In this document: piece after piece, positions 19,515-28,650 of the stretch
Numbering within the stretch: position 1 is the first letter of the stretch
How the letters are laid out: each line of letters opens with the position of its first letter
From: a virus
Taxonomy: Duplodnaviria; Caudoviricetes
Strand: one strand, 5' to 3'
Length of the DNA stretch: 64,000 nucleotides
Virus record (IMG/VR): IMGVR_UViG_3300028914_000003
Span: 32,001 to 96,000 of that record
Notes under the pieces: generated by a model
Told to the model about the DNA's origin: nothing
Seen by the model: only the letters and a program-made list of their open reading frames with translations
Databases searched by the model: none
Position numbers and translations under genes: made by a program

Positions 19515-19757
19515 TCAGTTGCCGTTTTGTTTTAACAGTTCATACAGCGAGGGACCGCCCTTGCGCTCCTCGTCCACGTAGGCATCGACCATCCACTGGG
19601 GATAGACGCCGAACTTGACTTCCTTTACGTCGAAATAAAGCCCTCTGTAGTACGCTGCCTTTTCCAGACACTCTTGCTTCTTGCCGCCACATATCTGTGC
19701 AGCATACTTCTCTCCGTCGTGGAACTTAATCACGACGCAGTTTCCTTCAAATCCCAT
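19515..19757 (-). CDS. hypothetical protein
   Basis: 80-aa ORF, first gene downstream of the array. Confidence 0.6.
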   Translation of the reverse strand: MGFEGNCVVIKFHDGEKYAAQICGGKKQECLEKAAYYRGLYFDVKEVKFGVYPQWMVDAYVDEERKGGPSLYELLKQNGN

Positions 19758-19784
19758 AATCGTTTTGATTTTTCGTTTTCGTTA

Positions 19785-20822
19785 ATTGACTGCCTCGCGG
19801 ACCGGCATAGTGCTTTAATAGCTTGATGATACACGAGCTGGGAAGCCCAGGCTTGGAGTCTGCCATCGAAGGTCTCGATGGCAAGACTCTCAAGCAGGGC
19901 TTATCCGAAAGCTCGAGTACTAAACAACTCCGCTCCACAATCTCATCGTGGCAGTATGCGCTGCCGCTGCTCATCATTCCTGACGCATGGCTTTATCAGG
20001 TCGATATCAACAGGTTAAGAACCTGGATGAAGACTGGGAATATCCCAGTCGGAATCCAGGTCTACTTTACCTGTTGGATAAATATGAATGCCTTGCAGCC
20101 ATCATACCACTGCGCTGTGGTCGTTCGTCCTGCTCTGCGGATACGGCATAGTGCTTTATCTCTCCGATGTCAAACAGTGTGAGCGAAGGCAGGCACGCCG
20201 TCGCTGGCATGGTAAGGCTTGCGACGGCGTGCCTGCCTTACGTTGAACACTGTTGATTAAATATCATCCGCCTTGCAGGATAGGGGCAGTATGCTCTGCC
20301 GTAGAAAGTGCTCCGTGCCCGGTGCGTTGGCTTTAGATGTTCGATGACAAGCTGGATGTCAGTACAGCTCATCAGATGCCCGCGGAGATAGTTCGCGGGC
20401 ATCAGATAGAGCTGGACTTCATAACATCCAGCTCGCTAAACATGGCACGTCTCACTGACCATAGCGGCGCACGCCGCTCTTTCCACCTCCCCGTGCTTGG
20501 TGTGTCGCTGTATCTCTCCGATGTTGCTAACCGGCTGGGGACGGTGATGCGCCTTCAGAGTACAGGTGATGCACCTGTATTCTGAGGCACTTCCCGTCAA
20601 TTGTTGCAGGTTAGCCTAAATCGTCGCACGTCCCGGTGGCTCATAGTCCACACTGACTAAGTGACTTCCGCCTTGCGGCCTGGCATAGGGCTATAATACT
20701 TCGATGATGACAGATCACGAAGGAGATCGGACCCTGACACCATAGGTTCAGGGTCCATCTCCGATAGAGTGATCTGTTATTAAATCTCTGCCGCCCTGCG
20801 GAAGCCATGCTGTATGCGCAGC
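19785..20822 (-). ncRNA. array of six structured RT-associated ncRNA units
   Basis: Units start (+ coordinates) at 19785, 19966, 20128, 20307, 20483, 20665. Each has a flanking inverted repeat with internal loop, a GC-[T/A]-TA...(C)GAT motif, a unique 74-90 nt hairpin, TAAA, and a hexaloop hairpin. Confidence 0.85.
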
Positions 20823-20832
20823 CTCTCATGCC

Positions 20833-21990
20833 TTAGCGGTTACGGCGCTTGTCGCACGCAGCCTCCTTCGCCTCGCGCCACTCCTGACGCTTCTTCTCGA
20901 TGTCGATATGGTTCTCCTCAATCATCTGCTTCATCAGGCCGAACAGGCGCCAGCCCTCGTCCCAGTACAGCTCGGCGGCAGCGTCAAGCATCTCCAGAGA
21001 GCTCTTGCCGCGCTCATAGAAGTCGTTGTCCTTGGGGAACTTCGCACCGTGGAAGCGCAGCAGGTTCTGCATGGTGAAGTAGGCACCGGCACCCTTGTAG
21101 GCATCCTTCCAGCGGGCGCACTGCTTGTACTTACACATCCACTCCTTGCCATAGGCCTGCTTCCAGAACACACGCACAGCCGTCTCCAACTGCACGGGTG
21201 TCTTCGCGTGCCTGATGCCGGTGAGTGCAATACGCAGCGGCTGGATGAGCTTCTTGTCGATATCCTCGACGAACACGCCCTTGCCGAAGCCATTCACGCG
21301 GATATAGGGCGCACCCTTGCAGTGGCGGATGTCCTGCTTCAGCGCCACCTCGCGCAGCTGCTTGATGAAGTCCTCGGCCATGGCCACGCAGACCTCCTTG
21401 TTGAACCAGCGGCTGCGCGCCTCGAAGTTCTCCATGTCCTTGCCGTACATCTTCGCCTGGGCATGCAGCTCGTCGATGAGCATCTTCCACTGATACTCGT
21501 AGCCGTGACGCTCCATCCACTCGGTGAAGCCGATGAGACGGCCGTGGTAGTCACGCTCAGACAGGCCGCGGAATACCTGCGACATCACCCAGCGGCGGAA
21601 CAGGTTCTTATTTGGTACGGTGCCACCGCCGATAATCTGACGGATGACAGGATCGTCCTCGTTCACCTGCACGGGGCGTCCGTCCTCGTCATAGGTCATC
21701 AGGCACTCGCTGCCGTCGAGGGCAGTCATCGAGAAGTACTTCTTCGTACCGATGCCTGCCTTGTTCAGCGCCTCGGCACGCTTCGACACGGGCAGATAGA
21801 CGGTGCCCAGTCCGGAGTCAGCACCCAGCACCGTCACGTTCTTGGCCGTGTGCTCATGCTCTGCCAGGATATCGAACTCCGCGCCGCACTCCGGGCATAC
21901 CACGCGGGTAGGATTGTTGGTCACTGTAGTGCTCTTCTTGGTGGTAGCACTCTTCTTGTCAGTCACTGTAGTTGCTTTCTTTGTTGTCAT
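20833..21990 (-). CDS. RT-associated hypothetical protein (N-terminal CPECG zinc-ribbon-like motif)
   Basis: 385-aa ORF embedded between array units; T/K-rich N-terminus then VVCPECGAEF. Confidence 0.8.
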   Translation of the reverse strand: MTTKKATTVTDKKSATTKKSTTVTNNPTRVVCPECGAEFDILAEHEHTAKNVTVLGADSGLGTVYLPVSKRAEALNKAGIGTKKYFSMTALDGSECLMTYDEDGRPVQVNEDDPVIRQIIGGGTVPNKNLFRRWVMSQVFRGLSERDYHGRLIGFTEWMERHGYEYQWKMLIDELHAQAKMYGKDMENFEARSRWFNKEVCVAMAEDFIKQLREVALKQDIRHCKGAPYIRVNGFGKGVFVEDIDKKLIQPLRIALTGIRHAKTPVQLETAVRVFWKQAYGKEWMCKYKQCARWKDAYKGAGAYFTMQNLLRFHGAKFPKDNDFYERGKSSLEMLDAAAELYWDEGWRLFGLMKQMIEENHIDIEKKRQEWREAKEAACDKRRNR

Positions 21991-22031
21991 AATTGTATGA
22001 ATTAAAGGGTTTATAAAAAAGTTATTGTTTG

Positions 22032-22317
22032 TCTATCGCCATTAACATGGCACATGGATATGCTCTGCTGATATAAATGCTTGATAAAAAAGCGTGTCTT
22101 ACTGCGATAGATAGTCAGGGTGTGCGCCCTGAAAATGCCTGCTCCTTGCGACAGAAGCACATGGCTATAGGTTGTCGATGATTGAGCTGTGGCGCCAGAA
22201 CAGGCGCCAGGATCCATCCACGGTGACAACCTGGACGGATCCAGGCGCCCGCTCTGGTTCAACCCAGCTCAACTAAACACGTTGTCGCCATAAGCAGGCG
22301 GGGCGGTGTGCGCCGCC
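22032..22317 (-). ncRNA. two further array units (22137-22317 complete; 22032-22132 lacks the long hairpin)
   Basis: GCCTGCT-cctt-GCGACA...TGTCGC-cata-AGCAGGC and TCTATCGC...GCGATAGA closing stems; TGTGCG hexaloops; GCACATGG motif. Confidence 0.85.
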
Positions 22318-22324
22318 AATAGTA

Positions 22325-23992
22325 TCACGCTGCCTCAGTCAGCGGCTCAGTCCACGACCGCAGCACCACGAGGTCGGTGTCGTTCTCGCTCTGCCAGAAC
22401 CAACCGCTACCTTCAGGCATCGTGAAACCCTGCAAGGCTTTCAGTAGCTCTCGCTCGGCCTGCTCACGGCTGATGCCATAGAGCATGTCGTCATCTGACA
22501 GCTCGCTTTCCGGCAGGGCATAGAACCGATGCGTCCGGTTCATCGTCTTCTCGCTCGGCACGGAGTGCTTGTAAGCAGCGTAAGCGGCTTCAAGCATCTC
22601 GATAGATGTCTGCTCCCCTCCCTCGGAGGGGTCGGGGGTGGCCTTGGGGTGGGTGGGCTGGATAATCGACAGCGAGCGCACCAGCGTGTCATACGCCGCA
22701 CGGCTCGTTCTTATCGCATTCTGCATACACCCCAGCGAGATATAGCCAGAGATATCGTCGCCCGTCTTGCGGCGGTTAGCCGAGACGTTGCGTCCCCTGC
22801 CTCTGACGATACATCCTACCTTGCCCTGCTTGTCATAGCCCAAGCCTCCGATTTTCCGCTTGCCGGTCTCGACGGCACGCAGGGCATCCATGACAAACGA
22901 GTTCATCGTGTCGATGTCCTCTCTGACATTGACGACACCGAGGATGCCCGTAGCCCACGAGTGACCCTGTCCGTCACCATGATAGAGATAGCGGTTCACC
23001 GAGTTCAGCGCCTTGGCAAATGAGATGCCATGATACCTGCCGTCCTTGCCTTTGACCTTGGCCTTGATAGTGCGTGTCTCTATCTCCTTCTGGAACTTCT
23101 TCAGCCGGCTGCTGCTCATAGACAAGCTCGCTCCCTTGATAGAGAAGCCGAGGAACTTGAACCAGTGCTTGTCATCCAGCCACTCGACTTTCTTCGGATT
23201 CAGGTGCATCTGCATCTTCTCCAGCTCCTCACTCAGCGCGTCCATAGCCTGCTTGGCATCAGGACCGATACACAGGATGTCGTCGCAATACCTGACGTAA
23301 TAGACATTCATCCCCGACAGCCGCTCGTCGATATGATAGAGTATCACGTCGGCCAGCCAGCTTGCCACGGCGCAGCCCTGCTTCAGGGAGCGGTACTTCT
23401 CCTTGACCACATGGTCGGTGTCGATATACAAGTCACTGTGGTAGTACTTCCTGAGCACATCCACCAGCGCGCTCTTGCCGCAGCGCTCCTCGACCATGTC
23501 AAATGCCTGGTCGATATACTCCGCGGGCACGGAGTCAAAGTACTTGCTCAAATCGGCCTTGAAGCCGATAGGGCCGTCAGCATCACGACTCGCCACGACG
23601 ATAGCCTGACTTGCCTCCTGCACCACCTTGCCGCAGCCGACACCCTTGAGGTACGACATACACCTCGGATGCACCTTGTCGCGGAACAGCTCGAAGAGCA
23701 TGTCATTCACGATACTCAGCACCACACGGTCGGCAGGCTCGTTGACACACACCTCGCGATACTCGCCCGGCGTGTCCTTCGGGATAAGGGCGATATGCGG
23801 CGGGGCAATCTCGTACTCTCCGGCCTTGATAGCCTTATAAATCTTGATGCGCACCTCCTCCTTACAGAGCTGGTACAGCCAGTTCTTAGGGATATCCTTC
23901 CCAACGCCCTTGGCGATAGCATACTCCCACCGCTCGGGCTCAAAGAACATCTGCAATAGTTTATCTTCCATAGTCGTAATCGTTTTAGTCAT
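22325..23992 (-). CDS. reverse transcriptase (group II-like / unclassified, YCDD)
   Basis: IPKDTPGEYR, DRVV, FKADLSKYFDSV, LKQGCAVASWLADVIL, YVRYCDDI, FKFLGFSI; extended C-terminus. Confidence 0.93.
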   Translation of the reverse strand: MTKTITTMEDKLLQMFFEPERWEYAIAKGVGKDIPKNWLYQLCKEEVRIKIYKAIKAGEYEIAPPHIALIPKDTPGEYREVCVNEPADRVVLSIVNDMLFELFRDKVHPRCMSYLKGVGCGKVVQEASQAIVVASRDADGPIGFKADLSKYFDSVPAEYIDQAFDMVEERCGKSALVDVLRKYYHSDLYIDTDHVVKEKYRSLKQGCAVASWLADVILYHIDERLSGMNVYYVRYCDDILCIGPDAKQAMDALSEELEKMQMHLNPKKVEWLDDKHWFKFLGFSIKGASLSMSSSRLKKFQKEIETRTIKAKVKGKDGRYHGISFAKALNSVNRYLYHGDGQGHSWATGILGVVNVREDIDTMNSFVMDALRAVETGKRKIGGLGYDKQGKVGCIVRGRGRNVSANRRKTGDDISGYISLGCMQNAIRTSRAAYDTLVRSLSIIQPTHPKATPDPSEGGEQTSIEMLEAAYAAYKHSVPSEKTMNRTHRFYALPESELSDDDMLYGISREQAERELLKALQGFTMPEGSGWFWQSENDTDLVVLRSWTEPLTEAA

Positions 23993-24213
23993 TCAAAAGT
24001 CTTCGACGCCAACGACTCGATAGTAAAGCCGCACAGCGTCATCATGATATCGTCTACAAACTGAGGGTCTTTCTCGTAGGCATCCATGAGCCTGCGGAAC
24101 TTCTTGCGCGACGGCTCTTCGTCGCTTGCCATCTCGTCACCGATGGTGATGAAGAAATCGTCCATCAGGTCCTCGTCGTTGGCAATCTTGATAAGATTAG
24201 GGTCTGTCAGCAT
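23989..24213 (-). CDS. hypothetical protein
   Basis: 74-aa ORF overlapping the RT start (ATGA coupling). Confidence 0.65.
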   Translation of the reverse strand: MLTDPNLIKIANDEDLMDDFFITIGDEMASDEEPSRKKFRRLMDAYEKDPQFVDDIMMTLCGFTIESLASKTFE

Positions 24214-24226
24214 ATTCGTATCGTAT

Positions 24227-24589
24227 TTAGTAACTCATAAAATGCAGGTATCCGTCACGGGTGTCGGCCTCCTGCTGATAGCTCTTCATAATCTTCAGCA
24301 CCTCCTCGGCCGTCATCTTCAGAGCATTCAGGTGCTCCTTGATGTCGTCGCTCTCGTCGAGCAGCGTCGGGTCGCTGATATACACCTCGAGGTTCTGCAC
24401 CGCGTCGTTATAGTCCCCCACGGTGCACTCGAAGATGTCGCTCGGACAGTCCACATCACCGCAGACATAGTTAGGCTCACCGCCCAGCGCACCGAGCAGG
24501 TCATAGAACTTGTCGTGGCTGTAGTTGAACGCCTCCGTATTGCCAAACTCCACCTCGTAGTGCTTGGCTACATGTAATCTCTTTCCCAT
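24227..24589 (-). CDS. hypothetical protein
   Basis: 120-aa ORF in operon. Confidence 0.7.
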   Translation of the reverse strand: MGKRLHVAKHYEVEFGNTEAFNYSHDKFYDLLGALGGEPNYVCGDVDCPSDIFECTVGDYNDAVQNLEVYISDPTLLDESDDIKEHLNALKMTAEEVLKIMKSYQQEADTRDGYLHFMSY

Positions 24590-24595
24590 AATTGT

Positions 24596-24967
24596 TTATT
24601 TTTCGATTTCGCATTTGGTTATTGTCAACTCGATGTGGTCGGTGGGATAGTAGCCTTGCTTGCAGGCTCGGTAGAGCATGGACTCGTCGTGCTCCACCTC
24701 CCAGTCCTTGCGCTTCACATACTGGAGGATAGACTCGTCGCCGCCGTCATCCAGCAGGAAGTCGTGCATATACTTCACGGCTGCATCCTCAGTCGGGAAT
24801 ACCTTGACGATAATGTCGGCACACTCGCCGTCCCACGCCTGCTCGCCGGTAAACACCCAGACATACTCCGGCTTGCTCTCTGCAATAGCATGCAGCGACT
24901 CCGAAATATCATGGAGCAGGTTCGGCACCCGCTCCATGAACTGTTGTTCTAATACTGTCATAGTCAT
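24596..24967 (-). CDS. hypothetical protein
   Basis: 123-aa ORF in operon. Confidence 0.65.
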   Translation of the reverse strand: MTMTVLEQQFMERVPNLLHDISESLHAIAESKPEYVWVFTGEQAWDGECADIIVKVFPTEDAAVKYMHDFLLDDGGDESILQYVKRKDWEVEHDESMLYRACKQGYYPTDHIELTITKCEIEK

Positions 24968-25006
24968 TGTCGTTAAAGTTAGTGATATCCGTATTCCAGT
25001 GCAAGG

Positions 25007-26050
25007 TCACGCCGCCATAGGCAGGGCCACAGGCCCCTCCATCGCCTTGCGGATAGCATCGTACTTCCGCAGGATATAGTTCGTGGCCGACTGCACCTGG
25101 TCGATGACCTTGGGGATAAACTCCTTGTCGCTCTTCAGCGCCTGCCGCCAGTTCTGCACATAGGCGATGTGGTTCTCATCCAGCAGCTTGCCGATGCCGA
25201 GCATCGAGCAGACGCAGGCCGACGACAGCTCCGCCACGAACTCCTCCATGGCATAGTCCTCGTCGCCGAAGTGTCCCTTCACCTCGCGCTTCACGTCGGG
25301 AGCGGTAGAGTGCGCCATCTCATGCAGCGCCGTGGCATAGAACCGCTCGTCGCCCAGGAACTGACTGCGCTCTGGCAGACAAATCTTGTCCTGCGTCGGC
25401 GAATAGTAGCACTCATGCCCCTTGAACTCAATCTTGCAGCGCCACTCGCCCTGCATGATCATACGCTCCAACACCTCGTCCACTGTGCCGTGTACATAGT
25501 CGTGCTCTGGCACTCTCGTCAAATTTTCCCACTTGTCAGGGAACTTCTCCCTGAAGTCGGTCTGCGATAGGTTGAACTCCGGAAAGGCACGCATAGAGAA
25601 ATACTTGCGGCACTCGTCCTTCTCCTCCTGCGACAGCGCGTCATACTCCTTAGCGGTCAGGCGGTTGCCGTCCTTGTCGTAAATCTTCGGGAGCATCTTC
25701 ACCACGGGGAAACTGCTCTCGAACTGCGGCATACCGTTGTCCTTGAACTTCGGCATACCCTGCTCGTCCATAGCCAGGTTTAGGCTCAGCCCCATCTCCG
25801 TCAGCTGCTCGAACGTCAGGAACATAGGCACCTCCCACCCCTTCACGGCGCACAGCAGCGTCAGGAAGAAGTCGTTCATCCCTCGATAGGGCTTCTTATA
25901 CTTGTAGTTGCAAGGCGACCCGTGTCTCGGTGCCACCCACGGCTTCTGATAGTTCGCGCCCTCCATCGTGTCGAGCGCCGTAGCGAACAACTCCGCATAC
26001 TTTTCCTTCTGCTTGTCGTTCATCGTGAATTGTTTCTTTGCCATAGTCAC
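25007..26050 (-). CDS. ardC: ArdC-like antirestriction protein (ssDNA-binding N-terminus plus zincin-like domain)
   Basis: YQKPW...KPYRGMN...FLTFEQL; CYYSPTQDKICLP...FYATALHEMAHST...YAMEEFVAEL...YVQNW. Confidence 0.85.
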   Translation of the reverse strand: MTMAKKQFTMNDKQKEKYAELFATALDTMEGANYQKPWVAPRHGSPCNYKYKKPYRGMNDFFLTLLCAVKGWEVPMFLTFEQLTEMGLSLNLAMDEQGMPKFKDNGMPQFESSFPVVKMLPKIYDKDGNRLTAKEYDALSQEEKDECRKYFSMRAFPEFNLSQTDFREKFPDKWENLTRVPEHDYVHGTVDEVLERMIMQGEWRCKIEFKGHECYYSPTQDKICLPERSQFLGDERFYATALHEMAHSTAPDVKREVKGHFGDEDYAMEEFVAELSSACVCSMLGIGKLLDENHIAYVQNWRQALKSDKEFIPKVIDQVQSATNYILRKYDAIRKAMEGPVALPMAA

Positions 26051-26075
26051 TTCGTTTTAGTTTCAAGTTTCACGT

Positions 26076-26558
26076 TTAACCCATATAGGTTGTCTGCCAG
26101 TCATCGCACGACGGGTCGAGCGTGGTAGCACGGAACGACAGGTCGTTGCATCCGCAGGGCGTAAACAGGTGGAAGTCCTCGCCACGATAGCCGCTCTTGA
26201 AGTCAGCCTTCCATGCGGCATAGTTGTGCATGATGGCGTCCATAGTCACATTAAATCCGTTGGCCTTGAACTCTTCCATAATCTTACGGGCACGCCCCGG
26301 TTTCAGATCCCACACATTAGGCAGGTCGATGTCATACTCACGATAGGGAAACCCCTCCTTGATGTCACGGCCGCTAAAGTTCATTTCATTCAGCGTAGGC
26401 CAGTCGCACGTCTTCCACTCGTCGTCGCCCGGCTCCACATACTGCATAGTCTGCATGTTCACCTTAATCTCCCAGTTCCACGGCAGGAAGCAGTCCTTGC
26501 CCTCGATGACGAACCAGTGGGAGTCGCTGGCTTGCCTCGTTGTTCTGATAGTCTCCAT
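26076..26558 (-). CDS. hypothetical protein
   Basis: 160-aa ORF in operon. Confidence 0.65.
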   Translation of the reverse strand: METIRTTRQASDSHWFVIEGKDCFLPWNWEIKVNMQTMQYVEPGDDEWKTCDWPTLNEMNFSGRDIKEGFPYREYDIDLPNVWDLKPGRARKIMEEFKANGFNVTMDAIMHNYAAWKADFKSGYRGEDFHLFTPCGCNDLSFRATTLDPSCDDWQTTYMG

Positions 26559-26651
26559 AATCTGGATATTTTTGAGTTAAATTTTGAGCGGAGTGACCCA
26601 ATAGAGTCACCCCGCCCATTCGTGAAATCCGTGCAATCCGTGGTCGAAAAG

Positions 26652-28292
26652 TTATGCCGCCTTGCTCATGGCATTGACAATCTCCATAGCCTCCTTGTCG
26701 CCTGCCACCACACGCTTGATAAGGTCAGCCACCTCGGCCTCTGTATAGGTCTTGCCCTTGGGCTCGTCCTCCTTGGCAGCCTTGCGCTCCTCGCGCTTCT
26801 GCTTCCACTCTTCCCGCGTCCGGGCACGCTCCTCGGTAGCCTTGTCGATGATTGACTGGCAGTCCTTGAGTGCCTTGCCTGCGTTCAGCGCGTCGCACAC
26901 CTCCTTGGCAGCGTCGGCATAGCGAGGACCAAAGATGAGATAGAAAGTCTTGCCTCCGTCCTTGTTGCGCTCATAGGTAGCCGATCCGTGCAAGTCGGCA
27001 GCGTTCACGTAGGCAGGGTCGTTCTCGCCAAAGCCCAGAATACGGGCACACGTCTTGCCCTTCTTGTTGGTGTAGGTCGAATAGGTCAGCTTGCCGTCAG
27101 CCTTGGCCTTCGGCTCCTGCTTCTTAGGCTTGCCGCTCTTCTTTGCCTTAGGCATCTCGATAGTCTTAGCGGTAGTCTTGGCAGGCTCCACCTTGATGTC
27201 GTCCACCTCCTCGACCTCGTCGGCAGGTGTCTCGGCAGCGGTATCGCCCTGCAGTTTCCACACCTTGTCGGAGAGCATCTTCTCCAACTGTGCCAGCTTG
27301 ATAGGCATGGGGATAGCGGCAGCGTCGCCCTTTTTGAACTCACCCTGCAGGGTGTCATCCTCTGCACTCTTGATAGTAATACTTGCGACGTTGTCGCCTA
27401 CGATAATCACTTTGCCGATAAGGTCGGCGGCCTTCATGTTGTTCTGTGCCATAGTTGTTTGATTTTTATTGTTTGACTCTTCCGTGGCGGTAGTAATCTG
27501 TTCGGTGATGCCACGCTTCACCAGCTTCTTCGTTAGTTTCGGGTCCTCCAATTCGTCGCAGATAGCGACCCGCTTGCCAGCTCGGATGAGCTTGGGCAGA
27601 TAGGTGTCGAGTGCATGGTGGGGGAACATAGCCATCTGATAGCCGTCCTTATGGGTGGTCAGCGTAATGCCCAGTATCTTCGCGCACTCCACCGCGTCCT
27701 CACAATACGCCTCGTAGAAGTCGCCGCAGCGGAACAGCAGCAGCGCATCGGGATGTTTTGCTTTCAAGTCCTTAAACTGCTTCATCGTCTTCTGTCCCAT
27801 AGTCTCACTCGGTTTTTCGTTGGCGCTCTCTCTTGCAGCCCGCACCTGAGCCTTCACCATAGCCTCGTTCTTCACGTTCTTCATGAACTCGCAGGTGCTT
27901 GCCGTATAGCCGTACAGCGCAACCGACTTCATCAGGTGTTTCAGATGCTCCCAGTCACGCTCGTTGAACAGATAGGCGATGTCATCCTTTGCCTGCTGAA
28001 GAGCAGCCGCCATCACGTCGATGGTCTTCTGCGAGTTCTTCGGGCTGTCCTTTACATCCACCCAGATAGTGTCCGTCAGCGGATTGCCGCTGAAGTCGAA
28101 CGTGCAGCCGTAGCCGCCCCAGTCCGTCTTCCACCCTGCATGGATATTCGCATAGAAGCCCCTACCCTTGCGGTAGCCGGCCGTCACGTTAAGCACGTCA
28201 TACGTCTGTCCCTCGTGCTCATAGGGAGTCACTCCAATATAGAAGTTCTTGTCTTCAATCTTTGCCATACTCTTACTCAGTTTAGCATCCAC
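26652..28292 (-). CDS. multidomain protein with a stand-alone MutS domain I
   Basis: [37 protein letters not shown]...[25 protein letters not shown]; no MutS ATPase. Confidence 0.8.
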   Translation of the reverse strand: MDAKLSKSMAKIEDKNFYIGVTPYEHEGQTYDVLNVTAGYRKGRGFYANIHAGWKTDWGGYGCTFDFSGNPLTDTIWVDVKDSPKNSQKTIDVMAAALQQAKDDIAYLFNERDWEHLKHLMKSVALYGYTASTCEFMKNVKNEAMVKAQVRAARESANEKPSETMGQKTMKQFKDLKAKHPDALLLFRCGDFYEAYCEDAVECAKILGITLTTHKDGYQMAMFPHHALDTYLPKLIRAGKRVAICDELEDPKLTKKLVKRGITEQITTATEESNNKNQTTMAQNNMKAADLIGKVIIVGDNVASITIKSAEDDTLQGEFKKGDAAAIPMPIKLAQLEKMLSDKVWKLQGDTAAETPADEVEEVDDIKVEPAKTTAKTIEMPKAKKSGKPKKQEPKAKADGKLTYSTYTNKKGKTCARILGFGENDPAYVNAADLHGSATYERNKDGGKTFYLIFGPRYADAAKEVCDALNAGKALKDCQSIIDKATEERARTREEWKQKREERKAAKEDEPKGKTYTEAEVADLIKRVVAGDKEAMEIVNAMSKAA

Positions 28293-28648
28293 TTAAACTC
28301 AATCTCACGCTCGTCTTTGTGATTGTCCAATAGCTTATCAATCCACGCCACGAGCGACCAGGGGTCGAGCGTCTTGAAATACTTGCGTAGACGCCCGATA
28401 GTGTTTTCATCTTTCAGCACGAGGTTCGTCTGCAAATCCAGCAGCTTCATGTAGCTGATACGGAACTCGCTGCCGATAGAATAGCAGCCCATATAGATTT
28501 CGCCGGCCATGTCAAGCAGGCACTGGGTCACGGTTTCCCTCACGACGGCTTTCTTCGTTTCGATGCCAGTCGCTTCATAGACGGGCATATCAGTAACCAT
28601 AGCGGCACACAGCTGCATAGGTCTTGTGGTATCAGGAAATACGCTCAT
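28277..28648 (-). CDS. hypothetical protein
   Basis: 123-aa ORF in operon. Confidence 0.55.
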   Translation of the reverse strand: MSVFPDTTRPMQLCAAMVTDMPVYEATGIETKKAVVRETVTQCLLDMAGEIYMGCYSIGSEFRISYMKLLDLQTNLVLKDENTIGRLRKYFKTLDPWSLVAWIDKLLDNHKDEREIEFKWMLN

Positions 28649-28650
28649 AG

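Noticed and set aside
20350-20780. G-T pairs on the + strand as proof that the long hairpins act as cDNA
   Set aside because: Three such pairs were seen, but the hairpin at 22182-22272 has the opposite case; too few to conclude.
19785-20822. CRISPR array
   Set aside because: No identical direct repeats (longest shared blocks about 14-15 nt), the period is about 175 nt, the variable parts are self-complementary, and there are no cas genes.
19747-20829. Short ORFs over the array (19747..19977, 19823..20182, 20337..20585, 20641..20829; also 22011..22262)
   Set aside because: They fall on both strands, show no protein-like features, and are better explained by RNA structure.
19785-23992. Diversity-generating retroelement
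   Set aside because: I found no TR/VR pair differing at adenines and no Avd-like gene; the units share structure, not sequence.
22137-23992. Group II intron
   Set aside because: No domain V/VI motif follows the RT stop, and the upstream gene overlaps the RT start, leaving no room for intron domains I-III.
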